The notes beneath the pieces were generated by a model. The model worked only from the letters and a program-made list of their open reading frames with translations, made no database searches and was not told where the DNA came from. Shown here piece after piece: positions 24,646 to 37,135 of a stretch of DNA of 64,000 nt (positions are counted from its first letter, which is position 1; each line of letters starts with the position of its first letter). The DNA lies in assembly GCF_035084215.1 (NCBI RefSeq), contig NW_027138407.1:868001-932000 (forward strand), written 5' to 3'. The translations under genes and the position numbers were made by a program. This DNA is from Heptranchias perlo (Eukaryota).

Positions 24646-25732
24646 ATGCGGCTCCCTGTTCTCAGTGTGGTGTGTGTGACATTCATTTTCGGTAAGAAGG
24701 TTGAAACTTTTAAAAGGGGTTAATTGCTGGAGGAAAAGAATTGAAAAGCATAGAAGTTAGGTTAAACTTGTATAGAACCTTGCTTCGACCTCACTTGGTG
24801 TACCGTGCATAGTTCTGGTCTCCATTTTACACAAAAACAATAGATGCACTGGAGAAGGTGAAAAAACTTACTCGGCTGATGCCAGAACTGAATGGTTACA
24901 ACTATCAGCAAAGATAGAACTGGCTGGGCTTCATTTCTTTAAAAGGGGAAGGCTGAGGGGTGACCTGAAAGAGGGCTTTAAAAATGATGAAGGAAATTGT
25001 TAGGGTAGACAAAGAGAAAATGTTTCCGCTGGTGGGAGAATTCAAAATTAGTGGTGATAAATATCAGATAATCACTAATACATCCAGTAAGGAATTCAGA
25101 AGGAATTTCTTTCCCCAAAGAGTGGTTAGAATGTGGAACTCGCCGCCACATTGAGTGGTTGAGGCGAATAGCGCAGATGCATTTAAGCGGACGCTAGATA
25201 AGTACGTGAGGGACAAAGGAATAGAAGGTAAAATGAAGTGGGATGGGAGGAGGCTTGTCTGGAGCACAAACATCGGCATGGACCATTTGGGCCGAATGGC
25301 CTGTTTCTGTGCTCTAAAGTCTATGTAATTCTATGTAAAACTCACTCCGCATTTAGATACATTTTCACCGTCAGTTCAGTTTGAACTTTTAATCGATGAT
25401 TTCCGCTTTCTTTTACCGTGTGTTCCAGATTTGAGCGATGGCGTTTCTGTTACTCAGCGGGAGTCCTCGGTCACACAGACAGAGGGTGAGGCTGCCACTT
25501 TAAACTGCACCTATACCAACGATGGTGATTACTTATTCTGGTACCGCCAATACCCAGGCAGAGAACCCGAGTTTGCAGTCCGGAGGCACACGAACGGCGG
25601 TAATGAATATCAGGCAGATTTCGCCAAAAGCCGTTTTTCTGATACAGTCCTGAAGTCGGACAAGTTGTACCGTTTGAGGATCTCGGACCTGCAGCTGTCT
25701 GACACCGCGGTGTATTACTGTGCACTGAGTCT
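24646..25732 (+). CDS. TCR alpha/delta V segment, family F, intact (leader 24646-24691, V exon 25429-25732)
   Basis: MRLPVLSVVCVTFIF G|gtaaga; VSVTQ..ATLNCTY..LFWYRQYPG..SDTAVYYCALS; RSS CACAGTG (25733) + 23 + ACAATAACT (25763-25771). Confidence 0.93.
24725..25335 (+). mobile_element. CR1-like fragment in the family F leader intron
   Basis: LYRTLLRPHL.Y..FWSP; RRNFFPQRVVRMWNSP; gggccgaatggcctg tail. Confidence 0.88.
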
Positions 25733-28700
25733 CACAGTGATGGGAACGAACGAAAGCCTCGTACAATAACTGTCGCAGGTTTCTGGGTCACAGACTCTGT
25801 CTGTTGCGGGCTATTTATGACTGCGTGTCATTCACTTACTCGTGAATGTATTCCTGTGCGTGGAGACCCCGAGCAGAAACCTCACTTAAACCGTTCACAT
25901 CGAATACCAATTCCTTCGGATTATTGTGTTAAATGTGTGAGGGCAGAATGTGGTTCTGTTTATTTGTGTGGATCAGGGAACTCGCCAGTCCCATTGAGAA
26001 TACCGACACCCACAGGTGGATTGGAATTGGTTATAACGGTGCACTCTTGCTTCGGATGTAACACATGGCAACGGCCAAAAAATGATTGGTTTAAAATATC
26101 AATCTGCAGTGTAGGCAGAGGTCGGCCAGGTGGAGAAAACCCCAATAATTCCAATCACTTCATTAAACGTTTCTCAATATTAAAGACACTTACATATTAA
26201 AACTAAGAAGCTCCAATATATGCAGTTTCTTAGTGGTCATATTCAGGGGAAGATTATAAGCTGATGAACAAGCAATAATGGACTAATAATCTATAAGAAC
26301 AGACATGGCATGTTCTCGGCACTGGGCCACATAGTCAGAGGACGGACTGAATGCAAGAGACTAATAGAGAACGCATCAGAAAAGATGCAGTAGCGAGATA
26401 AAAACCGTGAAAAGAACAATGTACAAAGACGAGAGAGCGTCGCGCAAGATGACTTAATGGATTGAAGTGTTAGGTATTAATTAAAACTAACCAGAGCATG
26501 TTGACATGTTACGATCACGGCAGCAAGACGTTACTAAAACTATGGAAGGTAAAACACAACAAAGTTGAGGGGACTTAAAGGATAGGAGCTTGAGGCAGTC
26601 AAGGAAGGACATGAAATCAATACTGCTCTTCATTGGAACGGGCAATATCGCTTCTGTTATATCTATTGCCTTAGCTGGTAAGATTGTTAGCAATCTGACG
26701 TATTAACTGTGCTTTGTCTTGAAATAAAAACAACTATTTAATGACCTCAACAGTTGGGTATAGTCTCCTTCTGAATTTCTGACAACAGCAGCGCGGAAAC
26801 AGTCGTTCACCGAAATGAAGACAAAATTCTCAGGCAGAAATTCTAAATTATTCCACTGGATGGCACCAAATCCATAGGAAACACACGGGTGCGTCTGCAT
26901 GCAAACCCCAATCTGTGCCCGTGTCACAAAGGAGTTCGCTCACACGCAGAGTCGGCCATTAACTGCTGAACTGCTGAACTTAGGTTGCTTCATATAACGT
27001 CACCCTTTGGTTGGTCTGGGACTTGTCTGCCAGCAACTCCATGTTTTTAAATCTTTTTGTGATCCCAGAAAGCACTCGGGTTAAATTGGTGAGTTCACCT
27101 GCCCTCAGAGGAGTGGATTCGCCATCCTGCCTCTATCACACTCGATGAACCCTGCGTAAAAAATACAGAGTCCGGTCACTTCTACAAGGTCGAAAACCCA
27201 TTCGGTAAATAACTTCACAATCGGGTTTAAGATGATCTGATGAGAAATGTGCAAATCCATTGGTAAAAATGGTCCTTGTATCTGATTGGAGCAGCTTAGT
27301 CTGACTGACGAACTCCTCGAGTGAGGAAGCTTCACCGGTGAAGAAGCAGACTTGGAGACCATTGAAAATCCGAGTAAACCATGGAAGGGCCCAGGAATGG
27401 CTCAGGAATCGTGTGTCACGAGGAATGACTCACAGAAAGTATTAAAAAAAATATTCTCGGGATGTGGATGTCACTGGCAAGGCCGGCATTTATTGACCAT
27501 TCCTATTTGCCCTGAGAAGGTGATGGTGGGACTTTTTCTTGACGCGCTGCAGTCTTACGGTTTGATACACTGATTCACTTCAGGAGGCAGTTAAGGGTCA
27601 CCCAGGTTTATTGTGAGACTGGAGTCGCAAGAGATAAGGCCGGATAAGGACGGCAGGTTTCCTTCCCCGAAAGGGACATTAGAGAACAAGTTGGATTTTT
27701 TAGAACACTCTGACAGTTTCACGGCCACTTTTACTGATACCAGTTTTTTATGTCCAGATATTTATACGCTGAACTCACGTTCTCTGGATTACGCGTCTCG
27801 GAACACACCCACTGCACTGACATACTCTGTGAGAAAGTTACAAGCAACTCACATTGGAACAGGAAAGGAAAATCGCGTCTGTTTTAATCACATTCCATTA
27901 CATTTCGATTGATTTGTTTGTTAGTCGATTGTGGCTTTCGTCTTATGTCCATGTAAACTTTCTGTGCAATGAATATAGCGTGGGTTTGTCGGCCAGGACA
28001 CCGGGAGAATTAATTTGCGACGTTTTTACGCTTTTGCAAAATATGCAGGATAAAAGACATTCTTCACAAATTCATTCTCAATGATCCTTCGTACCTTAGA
28101 ATACAAAAAAGGTGATTCAGCCGCTCAAATCTGCACTTTCGTTCTCGCTCCTCACACCCTTCAACAAACCTCTAAATCCCCAATGTGCTTCATTTTTGAT
28201 ACAATTCACGCATAGTGAGTCACTTAACACGTTCTGGCAAAATATTCGACATTCTTACCTCCTCTGTAAATAATGTTTTCTGACCATTAAAATGTCTCTT
28301 TCTCGGAGTGATATTTCCCTCTGGAGTTAATTTTATTCGTCCGTCTGTTTCCACAGGGACCAGTAAAGTTTCTTCTTTCCTTTACTTTGATTCAATCTGC
28401 GATTCACCGGTTGGGTTGATGACCGGTCACCTCCTGCTGTGATTTCCTGGATTAGGTGTCCAATCTGCTCAGAGATTCTCTCCGCTCAAAACGACGCCCT
28501 CAGTCTGTCGGCAACGACAATAGCGGCAGCTCTGGGCTGGAAAGAGGTTGGGAATTTGACTCAGTTAATGACTCGGCAATGGAGGACCGCGGCTCCCACA
28601 ATCCACAGCGGCAGAGAAAAGTCAATATCTGTGACACCAGGCGCGCGGCACTCTGGGGAACTGTTCGCACATGCGCACCTCACCAATTTTTTTTAACCCA

Positions 28701-28979
28701 ACGCTTTTTTTAATTCTCTCGCATGTGAGACTTTCACTTTTATCGAACAAGATGGGGCAGTTATTTTGATGGAAACTGAAGGCACTTTTCGTTTCTATCG
28801 ACCCGTTTTATGTAAATTAACGGCAGACATGCGCAGTGTATTACAACATACAAACATGGTCGACTGCACGTGGAGAAAACATGGCCCACTGCACGTCACA
28901 CAAAGAAGGCCGACGGTTGGTCAAATAAACATTAACGATTATTCATGTAGCTGTGCAGGTGAATGATTTATTCCTGCGG

Positions 28980-29180
28980 GATAATTAGCAAAGTAGCAAC
29001 ACTGAAAGGAGACGAAATTTCAGGAGAATATCTGAAGACTGTAGACGTGCCTAAATTTTATGGTTACCTCAATATAAACGACCTTCGTGTGGAGGAGGGG
29101 AGTTGGTTGAGAGGGTGGAGGTGGGTTGGTGTCTATTATTGTGCAGTGAGGTACAGCGTCAGCTCAAAGAAAAAACGTCA
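28980..29180 (+). pseudogene. 5'-truncated family A V relic
   Basis: IISKVATLKGDEISG..YGYLNINDLRVEE, a G-rich insert, then VYYCAVR and TACAGCG with a collapsed spacer. Confidence 0.85.
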
Positions 29181-29899
29181 GCGAGTATTTACAGCTTGAT
29201 TGGGTTCTGGATGGGAACAGTTAACTGGTCCCTGGTTAGCTGTCTTCAGGTTAGCGAACCAGTGGTGTCCGTCTCTTTACCTGCAACCGACTGATGGTCT
29301 GTAGCACACACAATTCACAACAGCACTCAAAAGGCAATTTTAGTTCTATTTTAAACAGCCCGCGTGAGGCCAGGTTGCAAGGAACAACCACAACGGGGCA
29401 ATTTATAATTATTTTCAAATATTTCAGCGTAACTTTACATCCTCCTGCTCGCTCTCTTTTATTCATCTTTTCTATATAGTTAACTCTCATATATATGTAT
29501 TATTGAGAGGTAGAGACGATCAAACTGAGGCGCACAATCACAAGCAGAACACGCCGAGCCACTTCCGAGGACCAGACAGCTGCATTGTCTCTCTTCACAA
29601 TATTCCAAATCTTTTATGGAATGCAGCCTTCCTATCAAGTAAGTAATTCCCAAAGTGAAATTAGATACATACCAGAAAAGGAAAAAGAAGTGCAGGGCTG
29701 TGGGTAAAGAGCGGAGGAGTGGGAATAATTAGGTAGCTCATTTAAAAAGTCGACGAAGGCAAGATGGACTGCACCACGTCCTTCTGCGCTGTAGAACTCT
29801 ACGATTCTATGGAATGATCGCAGAAGAAAAGTTAAATCGACGAGTGGTAACATTGACTCAGCAGAAAAGTCACCGCATCATTCTAAGCTTTGCCCATTT

Positions 29900-30002
29900 G
29901 GAGGCTGAGAGTTTGCGTGGCGGAGCTGTCAGACAGCGCCGTGTATTACTGCGCTCTGGGACCATCAGCTGCACACCTCCGTGCCCGTCCTGTACAAAAA
30001 TT
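29900..30002 (+). pseudogene. 3' fragment of a family E V
   Basis: LRVCVAELSDSAVYYCALG, mutated heptamer atcagct + 23 + ACAAAAATT. Confidence 0.82.
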
Positions 30003-30128
30003 GTAGCATTGTGTGTAAATAAAAGTGTGTGGCCGGACACCTCAGTCTCATTCGTGACAGTGAGATAAATCAACTGAATACCTTCATCTATGTTCAAGCA
30101 ATAGTTTTGTCATTTTCCTTCCCTCACA

Positions 30129-30427
30129 TCAATTAGAGATTAAACTGTCCCTCAGATCAATTGGAGAGCAAATTGTCTCTCATATTAATTAGAGATCAAA
30201 ATGTCTCTCAGGTCAATTAGAGATCAAACTGTCTCTCAGATCAATTAGAGATCAAACTGTCGCTCAATTGAATTTGAAATGGAGCAGTCTGTCAGATCAA
30301 ATACAGATGAAATTGTCGCTCCATCAAATATCGATTAAACTTTCTCTAAGATCAATTAGATTTCAAACTCTCTCTCAGGTAAATTAGACATCATGCTTCC
30401 TTTCAGGTCAATTAGAGATCAAGCTGT
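30129..30427 (+). repeat. 28-bp minisatellite, about 11 units
   Basis: Unit starts at 30129, 30157, 30185, 30213, 30241, 30269, 30297, 30324, 30352, 30380 and 30408; consensus TCAATTAGAGATCAAACTGTCTCTCAGR. Confidence 0.92.
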
Positions 30428-30619
30428 GCTTTTATGACGCTCGCTCCCCCTGCTCAACAGGATGTGACGTTCTAATCTCAGTTCTCTGAAATCAACACAG
30501 ACTTCCGGTTAAGGAAGTGACATCAGACCAGCACGAGGTGGCGCTTGTCCCCCCTTCCGTTTGATGTTCCGCAGTTTTACCGCGACACAAGCAGTGCCTC
30601 GAATTCCGGAGCAGCAGCA

Positions 30620-31715
30620 ATGCGGCTCTCCGTTCTCGGTGTGGTGTGTGTGACATTAACTTTCGGTAACTAGGTTAAAACTTTTAAAAGGGGTTCATTT
30701 TTGATGGGATATCATTAAAAAGCAGAAGAATTCTATTGTACTTGTTTCGAACCTTGGTTCGACCTTCTTGGAGTAATGTGCACAGTTCTGGTCTCCATAT
30801 TATAGAAAGGCAATAGAGTCACCGGGGAATGTGCAAAAAAGATTTACAGTAATGATACCAGAAGTGAAAGGATATATCTATCAACAAAGATTGAACAGGC
30901 TTGGTTTATTTTCTCTCGAAAAGAGGAGGCTGAGGGGGGACCTCATGGAGGGCTTGAACATTATGAATGGATTTGATAGGGTAGATGTAGAGAAAAGGAT
31001 TCCGCTCATGGGAGCACCTATAACGAGGCGTGATGAATAAAGTAGTCGCTAATAGAACCAGTACGGAATTGAGAAGAAACTTCTTTGTTCAGAAAGTGGC
31101 TAGAATGTGGAACTCGCTACAACACGGAGTGTTTGAGTGGACGAGCATCGGTGTATTTAAGAGGAAGCAAGATAATACACGAGGGAGAAAGGAACAGAAG
31201 GATATACTGACATGGCGAAATGAAGTAGGAAGGGGGGAGGCTCGTTTGGAGCATAAAAACCGGCATAGAGCAGTTGGGCAGAATGGAATTGTGTCTCTGC
31301 AGAAAATTCGATGTAAAACTCACTCCGCATTTAGGTAGATTTACACTTCCATTTCAGTCTAGCTTGAACGTTTAATGATCGATTTTCGTCTGTTTTAACC
31401 GTGTGTTCCAGATCTGAGCGATGGAGTTTCTGTTACTCAGCGGGAGCCCTCGGTCACAAAATCAGAGGGAGAAGCTGCCACTTTAACCTGCACCTATTCC
31501 ACCGATGGTTATTACTTATACTGGTACCGTCAATACCCAGGCAAACAGCTCGAGTTTGCCGTCCGGAGGCACACGAACGGCCGTGATGAATATCAGGCGG
31601 ATTTTGCTAAAAGCCGATTTTCTGATACAGTCCGGCAGTCAGACAAGATGTACCGATTGACCATCTCGGAGCTGCTGCTGTCTGACACGGCGGTTTATTA
31701 CTGTGCAGTGAGTCT
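30620..31715 (+). CDS. TCR alpha/delta V segment, family F2, intact (leader 30620-30665, V exon 31412-31715); not in the ORF track
   Basis: Manual translation DLSDGVSVTQREPSVTKSEGEAATLTCTYSTDGYYLYWYRQYPGKQLEFAVRRHTNGRDEYQADFAKSRFSDTVRQSDKMYRLTISELLLSDTAVYYCAVS; RSS CACAGTG (31716) + 23 + ACAAAAACT (31746-31754). Confidence 0.92.
30700..31315 (+). mobile_element. CR1-like fragment in the family F2 leader intron
   Basis: QKRFTVMIPE..RLNRLGLFSLEKRRLRGD; same position as the insertion at 24725. Confidence 0.88.
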
Positions 31716-32049
31716 CACAGTGATGGGAACGAACTAAAGCCTCGTACAAAAACTGCCGCAGGTTTCTGGGTCACAGACTCTCTCTGGTGCAGACTTATTT
31801 TTTTTACAGCGGGCCAGACACTGTCACGTGAATGCATTCCTGTGCGCGCACAGCCCGAGCAGACACCACATCACCCTCATATGAAACGTTTCACATCGAA
31901 TATTGAATCCATCTTATTATTACATTAACTGTGTCAGGGCAGAATTTTCTGCTGCTTATTTGTGATTCTCAGGAAAGCCGCTAATCCTTTTGGGAATAAA
32001 GGCACCTGCAGCTGGTGTGGGGCTGGTTATCATAAAATCTTACAGCACA

Positions 32050-34505
32050 TAACATAGGGACAGGAAGAGGCCATTCAGCCCCTCGAGCGTCTTCCGCCAT
32101 TCAATGAGATCATGGCTGATTTGTATCCTCACTCCATCCAACCACCTTGGCTCCATATCCTCATGCACTTGGCGAAAGAAATCTAAGGATCTCAGATTTA
32201 AATGTATCATTTGGGATAGAATCTACTGCATTTTGTGGGAGAGAGTTCCACATTTCCACCATCCGTTGTGTGAAGAAGTGTTTGCTAACTTGCTTCCCGA
32301 ATGGCAAGGCTCTGATTTTAAGGTTATTTCCCCTTCTAGGCTCACCCATCATCGGAAAAAATCTCCCTATCTACCCTATCAATTCATTCAAATTCCTAAA
32401 AACTTCAATCAAATCGCCTCTTAACCTTCTATATTCCAGGGCATAAAAGCCGAGCCAATGTAATCGCAGACGGAGGCCTGTGCCAGCACTCAGCAAGAGC
32501 TAACAATTAGTCCCATTCCCCCTGCTCTTTCCCCAGAGCCCTGCACATTTTTTTCTATTTGAGTAGAAATTCAATTTTCTTCTGAAAGTTACAATTGAAT
32601 CTAATTCCAATGCCCTTTCATACAATGCATTCCAGATTATAAGAACGTACATAATATTCTCCTCTTCTCCCCCCAGTTTGTTTGCCAATTATTTTAAATC
32701 TCTATCATCTATTTACCGACTCCCTTGCCATTGGAAACAGTTTCTCCCTAACAAATCTATCAAACCCCCATATAATTTGAAAATCTTTATTAAATATCCC
32801 TTTAACCTTCTCTGCTCTGAGGATCAAAATCCCAGCTTCTCCAGCCGCGACACATAATTGAAGTCCCTCATCCCTGTTACCATTCATGTAAATATCCTCT
32901 GTACTCCTTCTAAGGCCTTGACATCCTTCCTAAAGTGTGAAGCACATCCACAGGATGCACTGCAGCTACTCGCCAAGGCTTCTTCGACAGCACTTCCCAA
33001 ACCCGCGACGTCTACCACCTAGAAGGAAAAGAGCAGCAGGCTCATGGGAACAACACCACCTGCACGTTCCCCTTCAAGTCACACACCATCCCGACTTGGA
33101 AATATATCGCCGTTCCTTCATCATCGCTGGGTCAAAATCCTGGAACTCCCTTCCGAACAGTACTGTGGGAGAACCTTCACCACACGGACTGCAGCGGTTC
33201 AAGAAGGTGGTTCACCACCACCTTCTCAAAGGCAATTGGGGATGGGCAATGAATGCCGGCATCGCCAGCGACGCCCACATCCCATGAACGAATGAAAAAA
33301 AAAGCCCAGAATTGGACACAATACTCCAGCTGAAGCCTCATCAGTGGTTAATAACAGTTTACCATAACTTCCTTGCGCTTGGACTCTGTGCCTCGAGTTA
33401 TGAAGCCAATGACTGCTTGGGATTTTTTCAACAGCTTTATCAACATGCCGGTATAATGCTGCTTCAGATGTACGACAACCAGACAAATGATGATTGGTTT
33501 AAAATATTATTGTACAGTAACTCATAAACAGGCGTTCACCGAGTTTTGGACTGAATGCAAATTTCTCGTTGAAAAATTCGAACCTATTCCATTAGATGGC
33601 AGCAAACCCTCAAGAATCACACCGCACCATCTGCCTGGAACGCCGATCTCTGCCCGTGGAAAAGAATCATCGAATCTGACAGCTCAGAAAGAGGCTAATC
33701 GGCCCATCGCATCTGTACCGACTCCTTGAAGGAGCTATAAAATTAGTCCCACTCGCCTGCTCTTTCCACATAACATTGTAAATATTCCACCTTCAAGTTT
33801 TTATACAATTTCCTTTTCAAAGGCTACGATTGAGTTTGATTCCAACACCCTTTCAGGCAGTGCATTCCACACTTAAGGAAGGATGTCAAGGCCTTAGAGA
33901 GGGTGCAGAGAAGATTTGCTAGAGTGGTATCAGGAATGAGGGATTTATGTGGAGGTACTAGAGAAGCGATGAATGTTCTCCTTAGAACAAAGAAGGTTGA
34001 GAAAAGATTTAATCTCGATGTTCAAAATTATGAGAGTGTTTGATAGAGTGGTTGGGGAGAAACTATTTCCAGTAGCAGAAGAGTCGACACCCAAGAGGAC
34101 ACCGATGTTAGATAACTGGCAAAAACCGAGAGGGGAGACGAGGAGAAATTTGTTTACGCAGCGAGTTGTGATGATCTGGAATGAATTGCCTGAAAGGGTG
34201 TTGGAAGCAGATTCAACAGCAACTTGCAAAAGGGAATTGGATATATACTGGAAAAGGAAAAAAAAAGCATGTCTATGCGGAATGAGCAGTTGAGTGGGAC
34301 TAATTGGATAGAACATAAGAACATGAGAAACAGGAGCAAGAGTAGGCCTTCCGGCCCTGCAAGCCTGCTCCGCCATTCAATAAGATCATGGCTGATTTCC
34401 TTGCTCAACTCCACTTTCCGGCCCTATCCCCATATCCCTTCATTCCCTCTTTCACGGAGTCAGCAGAGGCATGATGAGCCGATTGGGCTTCTTCTGTGCT
34501 GTATG
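32050..34505. mobile_element. Cluster of nested CR1-like fragments on both strands, with a + strand non-LTR 3' end and poly(A) at 32935-33303
   Basis: HFFTQRMVEMWNSLP (-), SKSWNSLP..A9 (+), NLFTQRVVMIWNELP (+). Confidence 0.85.
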
Positions 34506-34627
34506 ATTCAGCCCACAGGAATTGCACTCTGCGCTGCAGCTGCATCTGACCCTGTTGAAACTGATACGCGCCAAAACAGACCGCAGGCAGTTTTTGTACG
34601 AGAGGAGAACTGGATTATAACACTGTG

Positions 34628-35094
34628 TCGCACTGAAAGAGCGAATGCACAGATATACACCGCCGTGTCACTCAGCTGGAGATCAGTGACGCTTAAAATA
34701 GACACTTTTGCCGATGTGCTTAACTCAGAAGTGAAGCGATTCCCAATATTTTTCGCTTTTCCCCGACTGCTGCGGGCACTGCTCCACAAGATCATCTCCG
34801 GGGAAGTATCAGGATACTTTCGGTACCAGTACAGATCATACCAGCTTGCTGTCGTCGAATAGCTACATTGCGTTCTGAACGTCTGGCCCATTTTCAGGAC
34901 TACAGCCGACCAATTCTGAGACACAGAATCTTCCTGACTCAGATCTGGTGGAAAGATTGAAAGTATTAATTGGAGCTTATTCGTTGGTTTAACAAGAACC
35001 TTTGTTTAACGAAGCTTTCTGCTGTAACATCCTTTAAGTATTTACAAAATGCTAAGCAGCTGAGGGTAGTCAGTACGGCGAATTTGAAATGCAT
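34628..35094 (-). CDS. TCR alpha/delta V segment, family H, intact (leader 35094-35046, V exon 34944-34628)
   Basis: MHFKFAVLTTLSCLAF|gtaaat; DSVSQ..RTQCSY..LYWYRKYP..SDTAVYICAFALSVR; RSS CACAGTG (34627-34621) + 23 + ACAAAAACT (34597-34589). Confidence 0.92.
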
Positions 35095-36020
35095 GATGTC
35101 TGACAATCCCAACCAGCGTGGGTCTCTCGGTGTCGAGCTGACTTCCAATACTCTCCACTTTGCTGGGAAGTTGATTCGGTGTGAGCATTGAGCAGCTCGC
35201 GGCATTATTGTGCAATCACAAATCACGTGCTCCAGGTTGAGCCATTTGCGAACGTACGCTAAACAGCTCTTGAGATGATTGGGTATATGAGCGAGAGACC
35301 TAGTCTGATTGGATAAGCAGCAGTGGCATGTTAATTCATTCTTGGACTGTAGGTGTCGCTGGCGAGACCGTATTTAGTGTCCATCTCCAGTTGCACTGAG
35401 GGAGTGGCTCTCGTTCCATACCATGTGGTTGAATCTTAACTGCCTTGTGAAGTGGCGCAGCAAGAAACTCAGTTGTATCGGGGCAACTTGAGATGGGCAA
35501 TAAATGCTTGTCTTGCCAGCGAAACCCACATCCAGAGAATGAATTTAAAATAGTTCCTGACACAACTCAGCATGTGACTGACCTCACCTCACACTGCTCA
35601 TTGCATCCCCTCTCCTTCCTTCAGCGTCAGTGGTCGGTTTAATCAGTTATATAATATTCTCGGTGTCATCATCTTGCTTTATAAACAATTATTGTGCCAA
35701 TTTGGTGACTTGACGCCTCCTCTATTGTTTCCGATCTTCACATCAGGTCTTTGTCTTTCATTTTCGCCCATTTCCACGGCAGGAACGCCCGGCAGACAAC
35801 TGGTTTCCCCATATTCAGTTGTCTTATGTGCAATGACTTGATGCAGCAAACGAAGCCTGATCAGACAGGAACTTCACTGAGGAGAAAGGATGGTGTCCAT
35901 CGCCCCCTGGCAGGCGGTTCAGACATTTTGCGCAGTGCTCAGGGACAGAGTCTTCTCAAGAAAACGCCAGATCAAAATAAGAAAGGTGAATTTCTTCGTA
36001 TGTTTGCGATGAGAGGTTAA

Positions 36021-37135
36021 ATAGACTATTCCAAACTTGATGCCAGCAATCCTGAAAGACTTCTTTCGGTAACCAAGAAAGGTAAGACGTTAATGATGGC
36101 TTTTATTGTGTCTGGGAAACCTACTGGGAAGGACACCGAGGAGTCTTTGGCAGGGCGATCTGCACAATGCAAAGGATAATGTAGAAAGATTTGTTGTTGG
36201 TTCTGATCGTGCTCGATTCATGCTGCATGATCGAAGCGACGCTTGGGAGATTGAAGACTTCCTGATAGATCAGGAACGCTGTGCAGATGTTACTGTGGAA
36301 GGGCAGGCATATCTTTGAAAAGGAACAGGGAAAAAAATGAAACCAAGACTGATAAGAAGAAAAAAGATGCAGCAGCTTCACAAAAAGCAAACAAAAACGA
36401 ACTGTGATCCAATTGAGTTAGGTGGTGGTCAAGTGGCTACATGAATTGAATTCTTCTTTTGTATTAGATAGCTTGCTTTTCGATGTTGAGATTTTCTATT
36501 TTGGAACGAGTACTGAATCCGTGATGCTGATTTAAAGAGCTCATTTTAAAAGTTTTGGAGTTGAAACTGCTGTGTAAACTCTCAACGTGCATTCCTAATA
36601 AGAAGGTACTGCATCGTGTTTTCTAGTGACTTGCCAGCGTTTAAAAAAGTGATTAAAATGGAAGCCACTAAAGGGGCAGTTAGTAGACTTTATAAATCAT
36701 GTTTACTGCCTGTACCTTGCACCTCCACACTGAATGGGATTTCTCTTCATTTGTTCTATTTTAGACTTCAATATAAATGCAAATTCCTTTGTGATTTAAG
36801 TACTATTTTGATACACAAAAAACATTATTTTCTATTGATGCTTTTTGTGAGCAGTGACTAACTCAACAGACATACGGTTTCTAACTTCAACGTGAAATGA
36901 TTGAAAATGCAACGATTTTATTGTTCATTCAGCAGTGTTATGTATTAAATTGATTATAAAATGTTTGAGGACTCTGCTACATTCGGTACTGCATTCATGT
37001 CGGCAATTCTAATGTCTTCACTCTTCTTCAGCCTTCGTATTGAATTAGCCGAATCTGTTATGGTCTGATCAGCACTGTAGCCATGATACATTTGTCAGTC
37101 TAGCTGTTGTGTATTTTTCATGTATGAAAAAAAAA
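36021..37135 (+). pseudogene. MESD: Processed pseudogene of the LRP chaperone MESD (5'-truncated CDS 36021-36407 plus probable 3' UTR)
   Basis: IDYSKLDASNPERLLSVTKKGKTLMM..VSG.PT.KDTEE / SLWQGDLHNA..VERFVVGSDRA.FML.D.S.AWEIEDFLIDQERCADVTVEGQAY, a Lys-rich tail and terminal KNEL*. Matches the MESD C-terminal half from memory. Contains a frameshift and a premature stop, with no intron. Confidence 0.9.

Noticed and set aside
30129-30427. CRISPR-like periodic array
   Set aside because: The 28-bp units are contiguous with no unique spacers, and the context is vertebrate; it is a minisatellite.
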